Assembly (NCBI GenBank): GCA_019561615.1 | Contig: JAHEQA010000006.1 | Span: 1 to 45,284 of the forward strand | Direction: 5' to 3' | DNA length: 45,284 bases | Source of the DNA: Methanothermococcus sp. SCGC AD-155-E23 | GTDB lineage: Archaea > AGJL01 > Methanococci > Methanococcales > Methanococcaceae | In this document: one piece after another, positions 30,931-40,924 of the stretch | How positions within the stretch are numbered: the stretch's first letter is position 1 | Layout of the letters: each line of letters starts with the position of its first letter | Position numbers and translations under genes: made by a program | The notes under the pieces: generated by a model | Seen by the model: the letters and a program-made list of their open reading frames with translations, nothing else | What the model was told of the DNA's origin: nothing | Databases searched by the model: none

Positions 30931-31767
30931 TTACCTATCTTTTGAGCCCTCCCCTACCACTCCATAGTGGAACTCCCTAGCTGTCTCAAATATCTTTATG
31001 CATCTATCCCCAAACCTTTCAACATCCTTCAGGAACATTCCAAATTGGATGTAGTAATTTATATCTGTGGTCTTACACTTCTCCTTCTCACAGAGAACCT
31101 TCAAGATCTTATCCAACTTTCTATGAAGCTCCTCCTCTAAATCGTATATTTCAAAGGAGACCTTCTTATCCCTAACCATATCCATGGCTATTGTGAACAT
31201 CCTCTTAATTATGCTAAATATCTCATCTATGTCCTCGTGGAGATACTCCTTTATATACAGCCCCTCTATAACCTCCTCTGCAATGTTGGAGAGGTAATCT
31301 CCACATCGCTCAATATTGGAGGCTATCTTGGAGAGAAGTGCCCTCTGTCTTGGAGGTAGGTATCTGAGGCTGTCCATCTTAAGGGTGATATCAACCTCTT
31401 CCTCCAATTTGTTAAGGGTGTAATCCTGAAATATTACACTTTTCGCATCCTCAATATTCCCTGTCTTCAGTGCATTGTGAACCTTATCCAAGTTCTGTAG
31501 TACCTTGTTACCCATCTTATCCAGAAGATCTATAATCTGGGATATTGGTTTCTCTATAATGTTGTATATCTCCAACTTTGACAACTTCTCTATATCTACA
31601 ACGTAGGGGTGTAGTACTATTTTCTCATCTATCAGGGGCTTTAACAACTTTGCAACGTATCTCCTACTTATGTTCAACTTCTTTGCTATCTCATCCTGGG
31701 TTTCAGGTTCCTCCCTTATTATGGTCTCTATAATGGCCGCCAATGTGGCGTCTTTGCCCCTTAACAT
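30931..31767 (-). CDS. HTH + PhoU-domain regulator
   Basis: N-terminal HTH (TQDEIAKKLNISRRYV) and two PhoU repeats (IERCGDY..NIAE; VERFGD). Confidence 0.82.
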   Translation of the reverse strand: MLRGKDATLAAIIETIIREEPETQDEIAKKLNISRRYVAKLLKPLIDEKIVLHPYVVDIEKLSKLEIYNIIEKPISQIIDLLDKMGNKVLQNLDKVHNALKTGNIEDAKSVIFQDYTLNKLEEEVDITLKMDSLRYLPPRQRALLSKIASNIERCGDYLSNIAEEVIEGLYIKEYLHEDIDEIFSIIKRMFTIAMDMVRDKKVSFEIYDLEEELHRKLDKILKVLCEKEKCKTTDINYYIQFGMFLKDVERFGDRCIKIFETAREFHYGVVGEGSKDR

Positions 31768-32564
31768 CCTATCCCATTTTTGGCATATCTGTACATATTA
31801 TAGGATTTGAGCACCTCATCCTTTAATATATTTACTATCCTCTTCCTGTACTCTATAAACTCCAGGCTATCCCTTTTCCTAGGCCTTGGGAGATCTATGG
31901 GGATAATATCCTTTATCCTTCCAGGTCTTGCAGTCATTACTATAACCCTATCTGAGAGGTATACAGCCTCCTCTACACTATGGGTAACAAATACCACCGT
32001 CTTCTTCTCCTTCTCCCATATCTTTAGCAGTTCATGTTGAAGTATAGCCCTAGTCTGGACGTCCAGGGCTGCAAAGGGTTCATCCATAAGTACTACCTTG
32101 GGGTCGTTGGCCAAGGTCCTGGCAATAGCTACCCTCTGCTGCATACCTCCACTAAGTTCATAGGGGTAGGCCTCCTCAAATCCCTCCATCCCTATCATCT
32201 TTATAAACCTCCTGGCAATCTCATACCTCTCCTTCTTAGGTACACCTCTAATCTCCAGTCCAAAGGCAACGTTATCCAAGACGTTCCTCCAGGGTAGTAA
32301 GGTGTACTGCTGGAATACTAAACCCCTCTCTGCCCCAGGTCCCTCAATCCTCCTACCCTCCATAAGGATCTCCCCAGAGGTGGGCTTCTCAAGCCCTGCA
32401 ATCATCCTTAACACTGTAGATTTACCACATCCACTGGGACCTACTATGGAGAGAAATTCGTTGTACTTGACATCAAAGGTAAGATTATCCACAGCCAGGA
32501 TCTCCCTGTTATTACTGACAAACTTCTTACTTACATTCCTGATCTCCAGTATGTTCTCCATCAT
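31761..32564 (-). CDS. ABC ATPase, NitT/TauT (SsuB-like) family
   Basis: GPSGCGKST, LSGGMQQR, LMDEPFAALD and THSVEEA. Confidence 0.93.
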   Translation of the reverse strand: MMENILEIRNVSKKFVSNNREILAVDNLTFDVKYNEFLSIVGPSGCGKSTVLRMIAGLEKPTSGEILMEGRRIEGPGAERGLVFQQYTLLPWRNVLDNVAFGLEIRGVPKKERYEIARRFIKMIGMEGFEEAYPYELSGGMQQRVAIARTLANDPKVVLMDEPFAALDVQTRAILQHELLKIWEKEKKTVVFVTHSVEEAVYLSDRVIVMTARPGRIKDIIPIDLPRPRKRDSLEFIEYRKRIVNILKDEVLKSYNMYRYAKNGIGC

Positions 32565-32571
32565 AGACACC

Positions 32572-33330
32572 TTACTTTATTAGATACCTCCATTTGAAGT
32601 ACCTGTCCTCTATGTACCTCAACCCCCTGTCTAGGATAAGCCCTATTATCCCTATAACTATCATACAGGCGATAACTACATCCATTCTACTTAGGGAGTA
32701 GGCGTACATGATGAGATAACCTAAACCTGCACTACTACCAGGGAGCATCTCTGCCGCTACAACACACATCCAGGCGATACCTGCCCCTATCCTCAACCCT
32801 GTAAGTATACTTGGAAGGGATGCAGGTATAACCACCTTTAGGAGGATGTCCTTCTCCTTGGCCCCAAGGGTTTGGGCAGTCTCTATAAGTATCTTAGGTA
32901 CTCCCTTTACCCCTGCAATGGTGTTAAGTAGTATGGGGAAGAATGCACCTATAAATATGATAAAGAGCATAGAGGTCTCTCCCATACCAAACCATGCCAG
33001 AGCCAGGGGCACCCATGCAAGAGGTGGAATAGGTCTCAGGAGCTCTATGATAATGTCAAATAGATCCATTACCAGGGGGTAGTAACCCATAAGTATTCCC
33101 AGGGGCACTCCAACGGCACCTGCCAGGATAAACCCTGAGAGTACCCTCTTTATACTTACCAGGGTGTTATCAAGTAGGGTACCTGTTCCCAGGATAGAGA
33201 TCTGGGGATTTATTAAGACCTTTATCACCTCCTCCACTGGAGGGAGTACCACTGGGTTATTTAACCATAGGGCTAAAAGTTCCCAGAGTGCAAGTCCAAG
33301 TAAAGGTGCTATAAACTTTCTGAGATTCAT
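32572..33330 (-). CDS. ABC permease, NitT/TauT (SsuC-like) family
   Basis: RPIPPLAW.P, EAA-like ETAQTLGA, and VVAAEM...GLGY. Confidence 0.93.
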   Translation of the reverse strand: MNLRKFIAPLLGLALWELLALWLNNPVVLPPVEEVIKVLINPQISILGTGTLLDNTLVSIKRVLSGFILAGAVGVPLGILMGYYPLVMDLFDIIIELLRPIPPLAWVPLALAWFGMGETSMLFIIFIGAFFPILLNTIAGVKGVPKILIETAQTLGAKEKDILLKVVIPASLPSILTGLRIGAGIAWMCVVAAEMLPGSSAGLGYLIMYAYSLSRMDVVIACMIVIGIIGLILDRGLRYIEDRYFKWRYLIK

Positions 33331-33453
33331 CCTACCTCCTCCCAGTACTTACCCTTTATAGTATAGTACTGTATTTTTATACTTTAAGATTAAATCTATG
33401 GGTGATGTTATACAATAGTATAATTCACATTAATTTTTATTGTTGGTGAAATT

Positions 33454-34506
33454 ATGAAAAAAAGAGAGGATAATCCATTTAAGAAGATCCCTACCATCCT
33501 CTTTCCAGAGGAACTTATGGACAAGGCCTACAACAGGGCAGAAAAGGCTGCAGATAAACTTAGAAAATCTACGATAGGTTTTAGCCTATACAAGTCCAGG
33601 ATTGTAGAGGACCAGAAGGTGAGAACAGCAGCTTCCGTTGTAGCAGATTACCTCTCCAACATCGTCAAGAGAACACCCTCTCTAGACAATCTCAGTCCCT
33701 TTTACAGGGAGATAGTGGAGATCCTCATAGATACCGATGAATTTAAGAAGTCCCTTGGAGCTATAAATTGGGCCTCCCAGTTGATAAGAAAACTTGGAAA
33801 CACCTACAGTAAAAGGGTAAGGAGGGCAAGAACTCCACAGGAGGCCTCTAAGATAAGGAGGGAGTTCTTCGGTAGGGTCTCCTCCATACTTAAACAGATA
33901 TATCCACATCTAGCCTGTGTTGCAGTGGCCAGGGAGAAGTTGAAGAATATCCCCACTGTCAAAGATATGCCAACAGTGGTGATAGCAGGGTATCCCAACG
34001 TTGGAAAGTCCTCACTTCTAAGAAGGTTGACAGATGCAGAACCTGAGGTTAACTCCTATCCCTTTACAACTAAGGGGCTCAACATAGGATACTCCCACTA
34101 CGGTATCCAGTTTATAGATACACCTGGAATACTTGATAGACCTATCTACGAGAGGAACGACATAGAGCTACATGCAGTGGTGGCCCTTAACTACCTTGCA
34201 GATGCAATAGTGTATGTAATAGATCCTACAGAGTACTGTGGTTACTCCATAGAGGAGCAGTTGAATCTACTGAAGGAGATCATAGAGACCTTTGACGTAC
34301 CTGTGATAGTTGCCATCAACAAGATAGACATAGATGAGAAGGAGTACAGGGAGAATTTAGAGAAGGTGGAGAAATTTTTAAAGGAGATGGGTATTAAAGA
34401 TGTTGTCAAGATATCCACTGAGAAGGGTATCAACCTGGACACCCTCAAGAAGAAGATAATTGAGGTATTGAGATCCTCCAAAAAACTTGATTCCCAGGAG
34501 GACTAA
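33454..34506 (+). CDS. NOG1 family GTPase
   Basis: GYPNVGKSS, YPFTTK, DTPGILDR....RN.IE and NKID. Confidence 0.92.
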   Translation: MKKREDNPFKKIPTILFPEELMDKAYNRAEKAADKLRKSTIGFSLYKSRIVEDQKVRTAASVVADYLSNIVKRTPSLDNLSPFYREIVEILIDTDEFKKSLGAINWASQLIRKLGNTYSKRVRRARTPQEASKIRREFFGRVSSILKQIYPHLACVAVAREKLKNIPTVKDMPTVVIAGYPNVGKSSLLRRLTDAEPEVNSYPFTTKGLNIGYSHYGIQFIDTPGILDRPIYERNDIELHAVVALNYLADAIVYVIDPTEYCGYSIEEQLNLLKEIIETFDVPVIVAINKIDIDEKEYRENLEKVEKFLKEMGIKDVVKISTEKGINLDTLKKKIIEVLRSSKKLDSQED

Positions 34507-34512
34507 TATTTC

Positions 34513-35580
34513 TTAAATCTTTTTATAGACGTGGATATGTCTAGTTAGGCCACCGTGGACGTACAACTTATGTACCTCCATCAACTCTAAATCCAACTTC
34601 ACCTCCCTGGGGAAGGCAAAAACCATATACCCTCCATCCTTTAGAATACCTCCAAGTTTTTTTAGAATAGCTGGTATGTCCCCCTTTACAGAGGTAAGTA
34701 TACCGTAAGGTGGGTCTGTAACGATGGCATCTACACTTTCAATGCCCCTGGATCTTAGATAGTCCACAAGGTCCTTGGCATCCATCCTCTTTATCTCCAC
34801 TATCCTATCCTCCAGGTTGTAGTGTTTTAAATTTAATAGGGTACCTCTTATCATCCTCTCATCGATGTCACAACCTATTAACCTACAACCTATCATCCCC
34901 CCCTCTATGAGAAATCCCCCTACTCCACAGAAGGGATCTAGAAGTATATCCCCCTCTCTCAACCTAGCCAGATTTATCATCCCTCTGGCAAGTTTTGGGA
35001 GGATACTTCCAGGATGGAAGTAGGCCCTTAGGTGGGGCCTGTTGTTGTAGAAGTACTTCCTATCCCTCTTTCTCACAAGTAGCCCAAGGTATATCCTGTT
35101 TTGAAGTATTACCACCTTTATAACCTTAGAGGGCTCCTCAAGGTTTACCCCTGCTCCAGTCTTCTCCTTTAGAATACCTCCAACTACCCTCTCCACGGTA
35201 GGGGAACTTACATCCCCATCCCCTATCTTCACAGCCCTAACTGCAAAGGTATCCCTAGAGGGATCCATCTGAAGGGTGGAGAGGATCTCCTCAGAGGGGA
35301 GTTCCCTTAACCTCTGGAGAAGTATTTCAAGGCCCTCCCTTAGAGATCCACTGTAATCCACCTTAGTAACTATGAGGTGCCCCTCCTCGTTATAGGCACC
35401 TCTCCAAATAATCCTATCTATGTAGTGAACAAGTGTGGATCTATCTAGGGAGGAGGATACCACCCCGTAGTTGTTGAGAACCTCCAACTTATCTCCCACT
35501 GGATAGACCTCCAGGAGGGCCTTTAACTCAGATAGTGGAAGTGTTTCATGCTCCTTTAGAAGGAGAAATCCAGCCTCCAT
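34513..35580 (-). CDS. trm11: tRNA G10 N2-methyltransferase (THUMP + MTase, TrmG10/Trm11)
   Basis: THUMP region, RAYFHPGS..PKLAR, DPFCGVGG and TDPPYG. Confidence 0.85.
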   Translation of the reverse strand: MEAGFLLLKEHETLPLSELKALLEVYPVGDKLEVLNNYGVVSSSLDRSTLVHYIDRIIWRGAYNEEGHLIVTKVDYSGSLREGLEILLQRLRELPSEEILSTLQMDPSRDTFAVRAVKIGDGDVSSPTVERVVGGILKEKTGAGVNLEEPSKVIKVVILQNRIYLGLLVRKRDRKYFYNNRPHLRAYFHPGSILPKLARGMINLARLREGDILLDPFCGVGGFLIEGGMIGCRLIGCDIDERMIRGTLLNLKHYNLEDRIVEIKRMDAKDLVDYLRSRGIESVDAIVTDPPYGILTSVKGDIPAILKKLGGILKDGGYMVFAFPREVKLDLELMEVHKLYVHGGLTRHIHVYKKI

Positions 35581-35589
35581 GATCACCCC

Positions 35590-36198
35590 TTATCCCCTTA
35601 AACTCTTCTCGACTACTGGACCTCGAGGACTAACCTCCTCAAATATCTGGGCCTGGAAGGAGTATATCTTTACAGGGTATTTAAGCCAGGCATCTGGAGG
35701 TAGGGAGGCCTTGAGACATAGGTGGGAGAGATACTCTGCAACCTCCCATCCCTGCTCCACAGGGACCTGAGGTAGTAGTAACCCCCTGTACATACCATAC
35801 TCAATTATCAACCCATCTCTACCTATCTCTATCTTCTCTAGATACTCCAGGGGATCCTCCACCTCTATCAACTTAGGTGGTGTTAATACACTTACCTCTA
35901 CTACTATGTTATCCATCTCATCTAGGGTGACAGGGGGGAATCTAGGATCCTTAACTGCAGCACTTATTGCAGCCTCCTTGAGGGCCTTTATAAGGGGCAT
36001 GATAGGTTCAGGTATTCCAATACATCCCCTCAATTCACGCTCTGGATAGGTATGAAGGGTTACAAAAACACCCCTAGGTTCATCGAACTTTTTAGGGTAG
36101 TCTACTGCCTCTATATCTCTACCTGCCAGGTAATTTTCAATAACAGACCTGGCATATTTTACAGCAAATGTACCCTCTTCTAAGGTTAGTCTATCCAT
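35590..36198 (-). CDS. AMMECR1-domain protein (TIGR00296)
   Basis: GVFVTL, LRGCIG, DPRFPP, GLLLPQV and LCLKA. Confidence 0.92.
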   Translation of the reverse strand: MDRLTLEEGTFAVKYARSVIENYLAGRDIEAVDYPKKFDEPRGVFVTLHTYPERELRGCIGIPEPIMPLIKALKEAAISAAVKDPRFPPVTLDEMDNIVVEVSVLTPPKLIEVEDPLEYLEKIEIGRDGLIIEYGMYRGLLLPQVPVEQGWEVAEYLSHLCLKASLPPDAWLKYPVKIYSFQAQIFEEVSPRGPVVEKSLRG

Positions 36199-36266
36199 GA
36201 TATCTCCTTAACCTTTATAACTCAATAGTAAAAATTATTATCACTACTATTTATAAGGTGATCTCA

Positions 36267-37538
36267 ATGTTTGCAAGGGAGATAGAGTTAAAGGGGCATA
36301 TAATAGACAACCTTATCCTGCCAAAGGTATTTGACACTATACTGGAACTTGGAGGGGACTACAAGGTACTGGAGTTCAACATAGGTAAGAGGAAAACTGA
36401 CATCTCCTATGCAAGGATACTTGTAATAGGGAAGGATCAGGCACACCTAGATAAAATACTGGAGGAGTTACAGAATATTGGGGCGGAGATTCCAGAGATT
36501 GAAGATGTGGAGGTGAAGAGGGCTGAGAGGGACAAGGTACTACCAGATGGATTCTACTCCACAACTAACCATCCCACCTATATCAAGTATAAGGGTCAGT
36601 GGATAGAGGTGGAAAAACCTAAGATGGATGGAGTTATTGTAGTTTATCCAGAGGAGATGAGGGCAGAGACTAAGGTTATAAGGGAGGTTAAGAAGGGGGA
36701 TCTTGTAGTTGTAGGCCATAAGGGGATAAGGGTAATACCGCCAGAGAGGCCTAGGGAGAAGGGGCAGCTATTTGAATTTATGAAGTCTGAGGTCTCTGCG
36801 GAGAAACCAAAGGAGGCTATTATCAAGAGGATAGCTAAGGAGATGTATAGGATAAGGGAGGAGTACAGGAAAACTGGGAAGGGAGGTATAGTAGTGGTGG
36901 CAGGTCCTGCAGTGATACATACTGGAGGGGGTCCAGCACTTGCAAAGTTGATAAGGATGGGATACGTCCAGGCACTCTTTGCAGGTAATGCACTTGCAAC
37001 CCACGATATAGAGAGTGTCCTCTACGGCACCTCTTTAGGAGTAGATCTCTCAACGGGAAAACCTGTATTAGGAGGGCATAAACATCACATCTACGCCATA
37101 AATACTATTATGAAGGCTGGAAGTATTAAAGATGCCGTGGAGCAGGGGGTAATAAAAGAGGGTATAATGTACGAATGTGTAAAGAATAAGGTTCCCTATG
37201 TACTAGCTGGGAGTATAAGGGATGACGGCCCACTACCAGATGTTATAACTGACGTTGTAGAGGCCCAGGATAGGATGAGGGAACTACTCCTAGATAAGAA
37301 GATGGTCCTTATGATGTCCACCTTACTTCACTCCATAGCAACTGGGAATCTCATGCCCTCCTATATAAAAACTATCTGTGTAGATATTAACTCAGACGCT
37401 GTAACAAAGTTAATGGATAGAGGTACCTCCCAGGCTATAGGGGTTGTTACAGATGTTGGAGTATTTATAACTAGACTGGTGGAGGAGTTGGAGAAGTTGG
37501 AAGGGGAGAGGGGTAAGGAAGTGGATAGCAATCAGTGA
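36267..37538 (+). CDS. TIGR00300 family (LOR/SDH-domain) ornithine cyclodeaminase-like protein
   Basis: GHIID, FYSTTNHPT, GNALATHDIE, GSIRDDGPLP and KLMDRG. Confidence 0.8.
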   Translation: MFAREIELKGHIIDNLILPKVFDTILELGGDYKVLEFNIGKRKTDISYARILVIGKDQAHLDKILEELQNIGAEIPEIEDVEVKRAERDKVLPDGFYSTTNHPTYIKYKGQWIEVEKPKMDGVIVVYPEEMRAETKVIREVKKGDLVVVGHKGIRVIPPERPREKGQLFEFMKSEVSAEKPKEAIIKRIAKEMYRIREEYRKTGKGGIVVVAGPAVIHTGGGPALAKLIRMGYVQALFAGNALATHDIESVLYGTSLGVDLSTGKPVLGGHKHHIYAINTIMKAGSIKDAVEQGVIKEGIMYECVKNKVPYVLAGSIRDDGPLPDVITDVVEAQDRMRELLLDKKMVLMMSTLLHSIATGNLMPSYIKTICVDINSDAVTKLMDRGTSQAIGVVTDVGVFITRLVEELEKLEGERGKEVDSNQ

Positions 37539-37549
37539 AGTGTGATACT

Positions 37550-38209
37550 ATGGACAGGATGGAGGACTCAAAGGCCCTGATAAAGAAGGCCATCTCCACA
37601 ATACACACCCTAAGTACTCAGGGGAGGAATACTCAAGAGGTGAAATCCTCACTATCCTACAGGGATGCGAAAGGGGGAAGGATAGATGTAGGGGAATTTA
37701 AAAGTGCCATATATACCCTTATAGAGGCTGACGATTACCTCTACAGGAAGGCACCCCACCATAAACTAGATGAGGAGGAGGCTAAGGAGTTCTGTAGGCT
37801 GATATTCAAGTGTAAAAAACACCTGGACAAGGTGTTGGAGGGTTTTGGTTTTAAATTCCATGGGGAGGGGAAGTTAAGGGGGGATGTGTTGTACATAGTT
37901 AGTAGTAAAAAATTACTTAGAAGTTTAAAGAGTAAGATGCCCGAGATAAATGTAATCTCCACAGATGGTGTCTTACACCCAGAGGATATGAAGTTAATAA
38001 GACCAGATATAAGTGAAAAGGCCCTTAAAGGTATCTCCAAAAAGTGTGAAATTGTGAGAAGAGAGATAGAGAGATTGATAGATAAGTTGAAACCCTCTGA
38101 GGTGGTGGTTATAGTGGATGAGAAGAACAGGGGAGATCACCTGGTATACTTAAGGGCCAGGGAGTTATACGGGGCTAAAAAGATGGATATAGAGGAGTTA
38201 GATCTCTAA
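37550..38209 (+). CDS. Conserved methanogen protein, probably DUF2100
   Basis: DAK.G.ID..EF, LY.KAP.H.L and ED.K.I.P.I.EKAL.GI patterns. Confidence 0.65.
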   Translation: MDRMEDSKALIKKAISTIHTLSTQGRNTQEVKSSLSYRDAKGGRIDVGEFKSAIYTLIEADDYLYRKAPHHKLDEEEAKEFCRLIFKCKKHLDKVLEGFGFKFHGEGKLRGDVLYIVSSKKLLRSLKSKMPEINVISTDGVLHPEDMKLIRPDISEKALKGISKKCEIVRREIERLIDKLKPSEVVVIVDEKNRGDHLVYLRARELYGAKKMDIEELDL

Positions 38210-38217
38210 GGGATAGT

Positions 38218-38973
38218 ATGCTCTACGTGGTAGGTATAGGGCCAGGTGGAGAGAAGTACTTTACAAGGGAGGCTGAGGAGGTGTTGAATAGGGTTGACCT
38301 TATAGTGTGTTACAGTGGATATAGAAGGTATGTAGAGAGGTTTAAAAAAGAGATATACACCACAGGGATGAGGGGAGAGATAGAGCGTGTAAGGTATGCC
38401 CTGAAGGAGGGGGAGAGGAGGGATGTTGCACTGGTATCCAGTGGGGATGCCACCATATACGGTATGGCCTCCCTAGTTTACGAGTTAGCTGAGAGGGATG
38501 GATACAAGGTGCCTATAAAGGTGGTAAGTGGTGTCACTGCCGCCAGTGTATCCTCTGCCATATTGGGAGCCCCTCTGAACCACGACTTTGTAGTTGTCAG
38601 TCTAAGTGACCTACTTACACCTCTGGAAATAATACTTAGAAGGGTAAGGTGTGCCTTGGAGGGGGATTTTGTTTTGGTGATATACAACCCTCTAAGTAGA
38701 AGTAGAAAGAAACCCTTTTTAAAAACTCTGGAGATTATAAAAGAGTACTGGAAAAAGAGGGGGGTAAACTATATAGTAGGTATTGTTAAAAATGCTGGAA
38801 GGGAGGGGGAGGAATACAGGATTACAACCATAGAGGATATATGTGATCACTTAGAGGAATACCTGGAGTTTATAGATATGAATACCACCTTGATAGTGGG
38901 AAATACCAGCACCAGGATAATTCTTAACAAGATGGTTACACCTAGAGGGTATCTTAAAAAGTATAAGGTTTAA
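38218..38973 (+). CDS. cbiH: Precorrin-3B C17-methyltransferase
   Basis: LYVVGIGPG, SSGDA.IYGMA, GAPLNHDF..SLSDLLTP, YNP.S and MVTPRGY. Confidence 0.92.
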   Translation: MLYVVGIGPGGEKYFTREAEEVLNRVDLIVCYSGYRRYVERFKKEIYTTGMRGEIERVRYALKEGERRDVALVSSGDATIYGMASLVYELAERDGYKVPIKVVSGVTAASVSSAILGAPLNHDFVVVSLSDLLTPLEIILRRVRCALEGDFVLVIYNPLSRSRKKPFLKTLEIIKEYWKKRGVNYIVGIVKNAGREGEEYRITTIEDICDHLEEYLEFIDMNTTLIVGNTSTRIILNKMVTPRGYLKKYKV

Positions 38974-39362
38974 GATTCCTCCTCTCCACCCTCCTCAAAT
39001 AACACTTTAAATAATTTATCGTTGTAACTCTTCGCCAACTTACAGGCGTCGTAGATACTGAACGCTATTATTAGCGGAATAATAAGGAAACCGATAAGTA
39101 TTATACAGAATAACAGTGCAATAAAGTAGGTGCTAAATATAACTAGGCCTCTTATACCCTTCCCTATATAGAGATGTCCAACTCCAGGTGCTAAAAGGCT
39201 AAGAAGGGCTGCAATTCCTACATTCTTCTTCTTTAGCTCATAGTAAATAACCCTGTAATTTTTATCCATATCCTTAACCAGTTCCCTAACTGTATTCAAC
39301 TCCTTCTCCCAGTCCTCATCTATGGTGTCTATAAATTCCTTAATAAGATCTCTCTCCTCCAT
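38970..39362 (-). CDS. TM2-domain-like small membrane protein
   Basis: KKNVGIAALLSLL.PGVGHLYIG followed by TM helices and IYDA. Confidence 0.7.
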   Translation of the reverse strand: MEERDLIKEFIDTIDEDWEKELNTVRELVKDMDKNYRVIYYELKKKNVGIAALLSLLAPGVGHLYIGKGIRGLVIFSTYFIALLFCIILIGFLIIPLIIAFSIYDACKLAKSYNDKLFKVLFEEGGEEES

Positions 39363-39379
39363 ATTTTCACCTTTTTTAT

Positions 39380-39976
39380 TTAATCCTCCTTTTTGGAGGT
39401 AAGTACCCTATAACCTCCCTTCACAGTGACAGTTCTAACGTTGCCAAATACCTCCTCCATATACTTTGCAAGGGACTTTGCCCCATGCTTCCTCTGGACT
39501 ACCAACCATATACTACCTCCCTCCTCTAACAAATCCTTCCCCTCTCTCACTATCCTATGGATCACATCCTTCCCAGCCTTTATAGGGGGGTTGGAGATAA
39601 TCTTGGTAAATTTCCTATCCTTAACCTTCTCGTAGAGGTCACCTTGGAGTACCTCTATATTCCTATCCTCCAGGTTGTTTATCTTTACATTCTCCCTTGC
39701 AAGTTTCACAGCCCTCCTGTTTATATCTGTCATAACTACACTGTCCACCTCGTCACATATGCTTATACCTATAACTCCATATCCACAGCCAACATCTAAC
39801 ACCCTGTCTCCCCTCTCCAACTCCAAGGCCTCCACAAGTACCTTTGTACCCTTGTCAACCTTCTTAGGGGAGAATACACCACTGTCTGTTTTAAATACAA
39901 ACTTTTTACCCCTCAATACATCTTCAATTAACCTCTCCCTGTGGGCAGATGTGGGTTTCTCAGAGAAGTAGTGCAT
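39380..39976 (-). CDS. Class I SAM methyltransferase, RsmC/MTS-like
   Basis: MHYFSE.P, GVFS...VD.GT, LDVGCGYG and SNPPIKAG. Confidence 0.88.
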   Translation of the reverse strand: MHYFSEKPTSAHRERLIEDVLRGKKFVFKTDSGVFSPKKVDKGTKVLVEALELERGDRVLDVGCGYGVIGISICDEVDSVVMTDINRRAVKLARENVKINNLEDRNIEVLQGDLYEKVKDRKFTKIISNPPIKAGKDVIHRIVREGKDLLEEGGSIWLVVQRKHGAKSLAKYMEEVFGNVRTVTVKGGYRVLTSKKED

Positions 39977-39985
39977 ACTATCCCC

Positions 39986-40678
39986 CTACATCAACCTCTG
40001 GGTTATCAACTTAATAAGTATCTTTATACCTGTAATTATGTTTGTACCCCTTGACATGGAGTACTCCGTATATATGGTCTTTATAGGCACCTCCTTAAAT
40101 TTCAACCCCTCCCTCCTGGCAATTATTATAAATTCAGAGGAGACCTCGTATCTGTTACTCTTTAAGTTGGAGAGTATTACCTCTGCAGCCCTCCTGGAGA
40201 AGGCCCTTAAACCACTTTGACTGTCTGTAACGAGATAACCCCCAAGGAGGTAGGTTATAATATTAAGTATTCTATTTCCCACTCTCTTTACAAGGGGCAT
40301 ATTCTTTAACTCCTTCTTATCCATTAGCCTACTGCCCACTACCATATCGTAACCTTCGTAGAGTATAGGCTCTACCACCTTCTCTATATCCCTGGGATCG
40401 TGCTGTCCATCTGCATCGAAGGTTACTATTACCTTGGGGTTGTACTCCAGGGCACATCTTATGCCTGTACCTAGGGCTCCCCCTAAACCCCTGTTAATAA
40501 TATGTCTACAGAGTATAACCTCCTCCTCCTTAGCTATCTTGGAGGTGTTATCCCTACTACCGTCGTCAACTACGATAATGTTATGATAACCCTCATTCTT
40601 CAACTTCCTAAGGGTATCTCTAATTACCTTCTCCTCGTTGTAGGCAGGTACAACAACGTAGATGTCTCCCTTGTCCAT
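39986..40678 (-). CDS. GT2 glycosyltransferase (dolichol-phosphate glycosyltransferase-like)
   Basis: VVPAYNEE, VDDGS.D, DADGQH and DSQSGLR. Confidence 0.9.
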   Translation of the reverse strand: MDKGDIYVVVPAYNEEKVIRDTLRKLKNEGYHNIIVVDDGSRDNTSKIAKEEEVILCRHIINRGLGGALGTGIRCALEYNPKVIVTFDADGQHDPRDIEKVVEPILYEGYDMVVGSRLMDKKELKNMPLVKRVGNRILNIITYLLGGYLVTDSQSGLRAFSRRAAEVILSNLKSNRYEVSSEFIIIARREGLKFKEVPIKTIYTEYSMSRGTNIITGIKILIKLITQRLM

Positions 40679-40698
40679 GGTAATCCCAATTAAAAATT

Positions 40699-40911
40699 TT
40701 ACTTTACAATTATATACCTTGCCAAACCTCGCCCCAGGGCTATCTTACAGTTCCCTACCCGAGCTATAATTGGTCCCCTGTCGTTGGAGATTACCATTAT
40801 CTTTGAGCCTGGCACTATTCCTAACTGGTAGAACTTACTACAGGGTTTAGTTATCTTTACAACGGTGTAAATACCTGGACCTTTATCTGCAAGGGTATCC
40901 ACATCTACCAC
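40699..40911 (-). CDS. feoA: FeoA family protein
   Basis: LGIVPG..I, GPII..V and IALGRGLA.YI.V. Confidence 0.8.
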   Translation of the reverse strand: MVDVDTLADKGPGIYTVVKITKPCSKFYQLGIVPGSKIMVISNDRGPIIARVGNCKIALGRGLARYIIVK

Positions 40912-40924
40912 CTACTTGAAAATT

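Noticed and set aside
33409-33422. TATAC-N4-GTATA near-palindrome between the ABC permease and NOG1
   Set aside because: It is short, lies in very AT-rich promoter DNA, and cannot be distinguished from chance.
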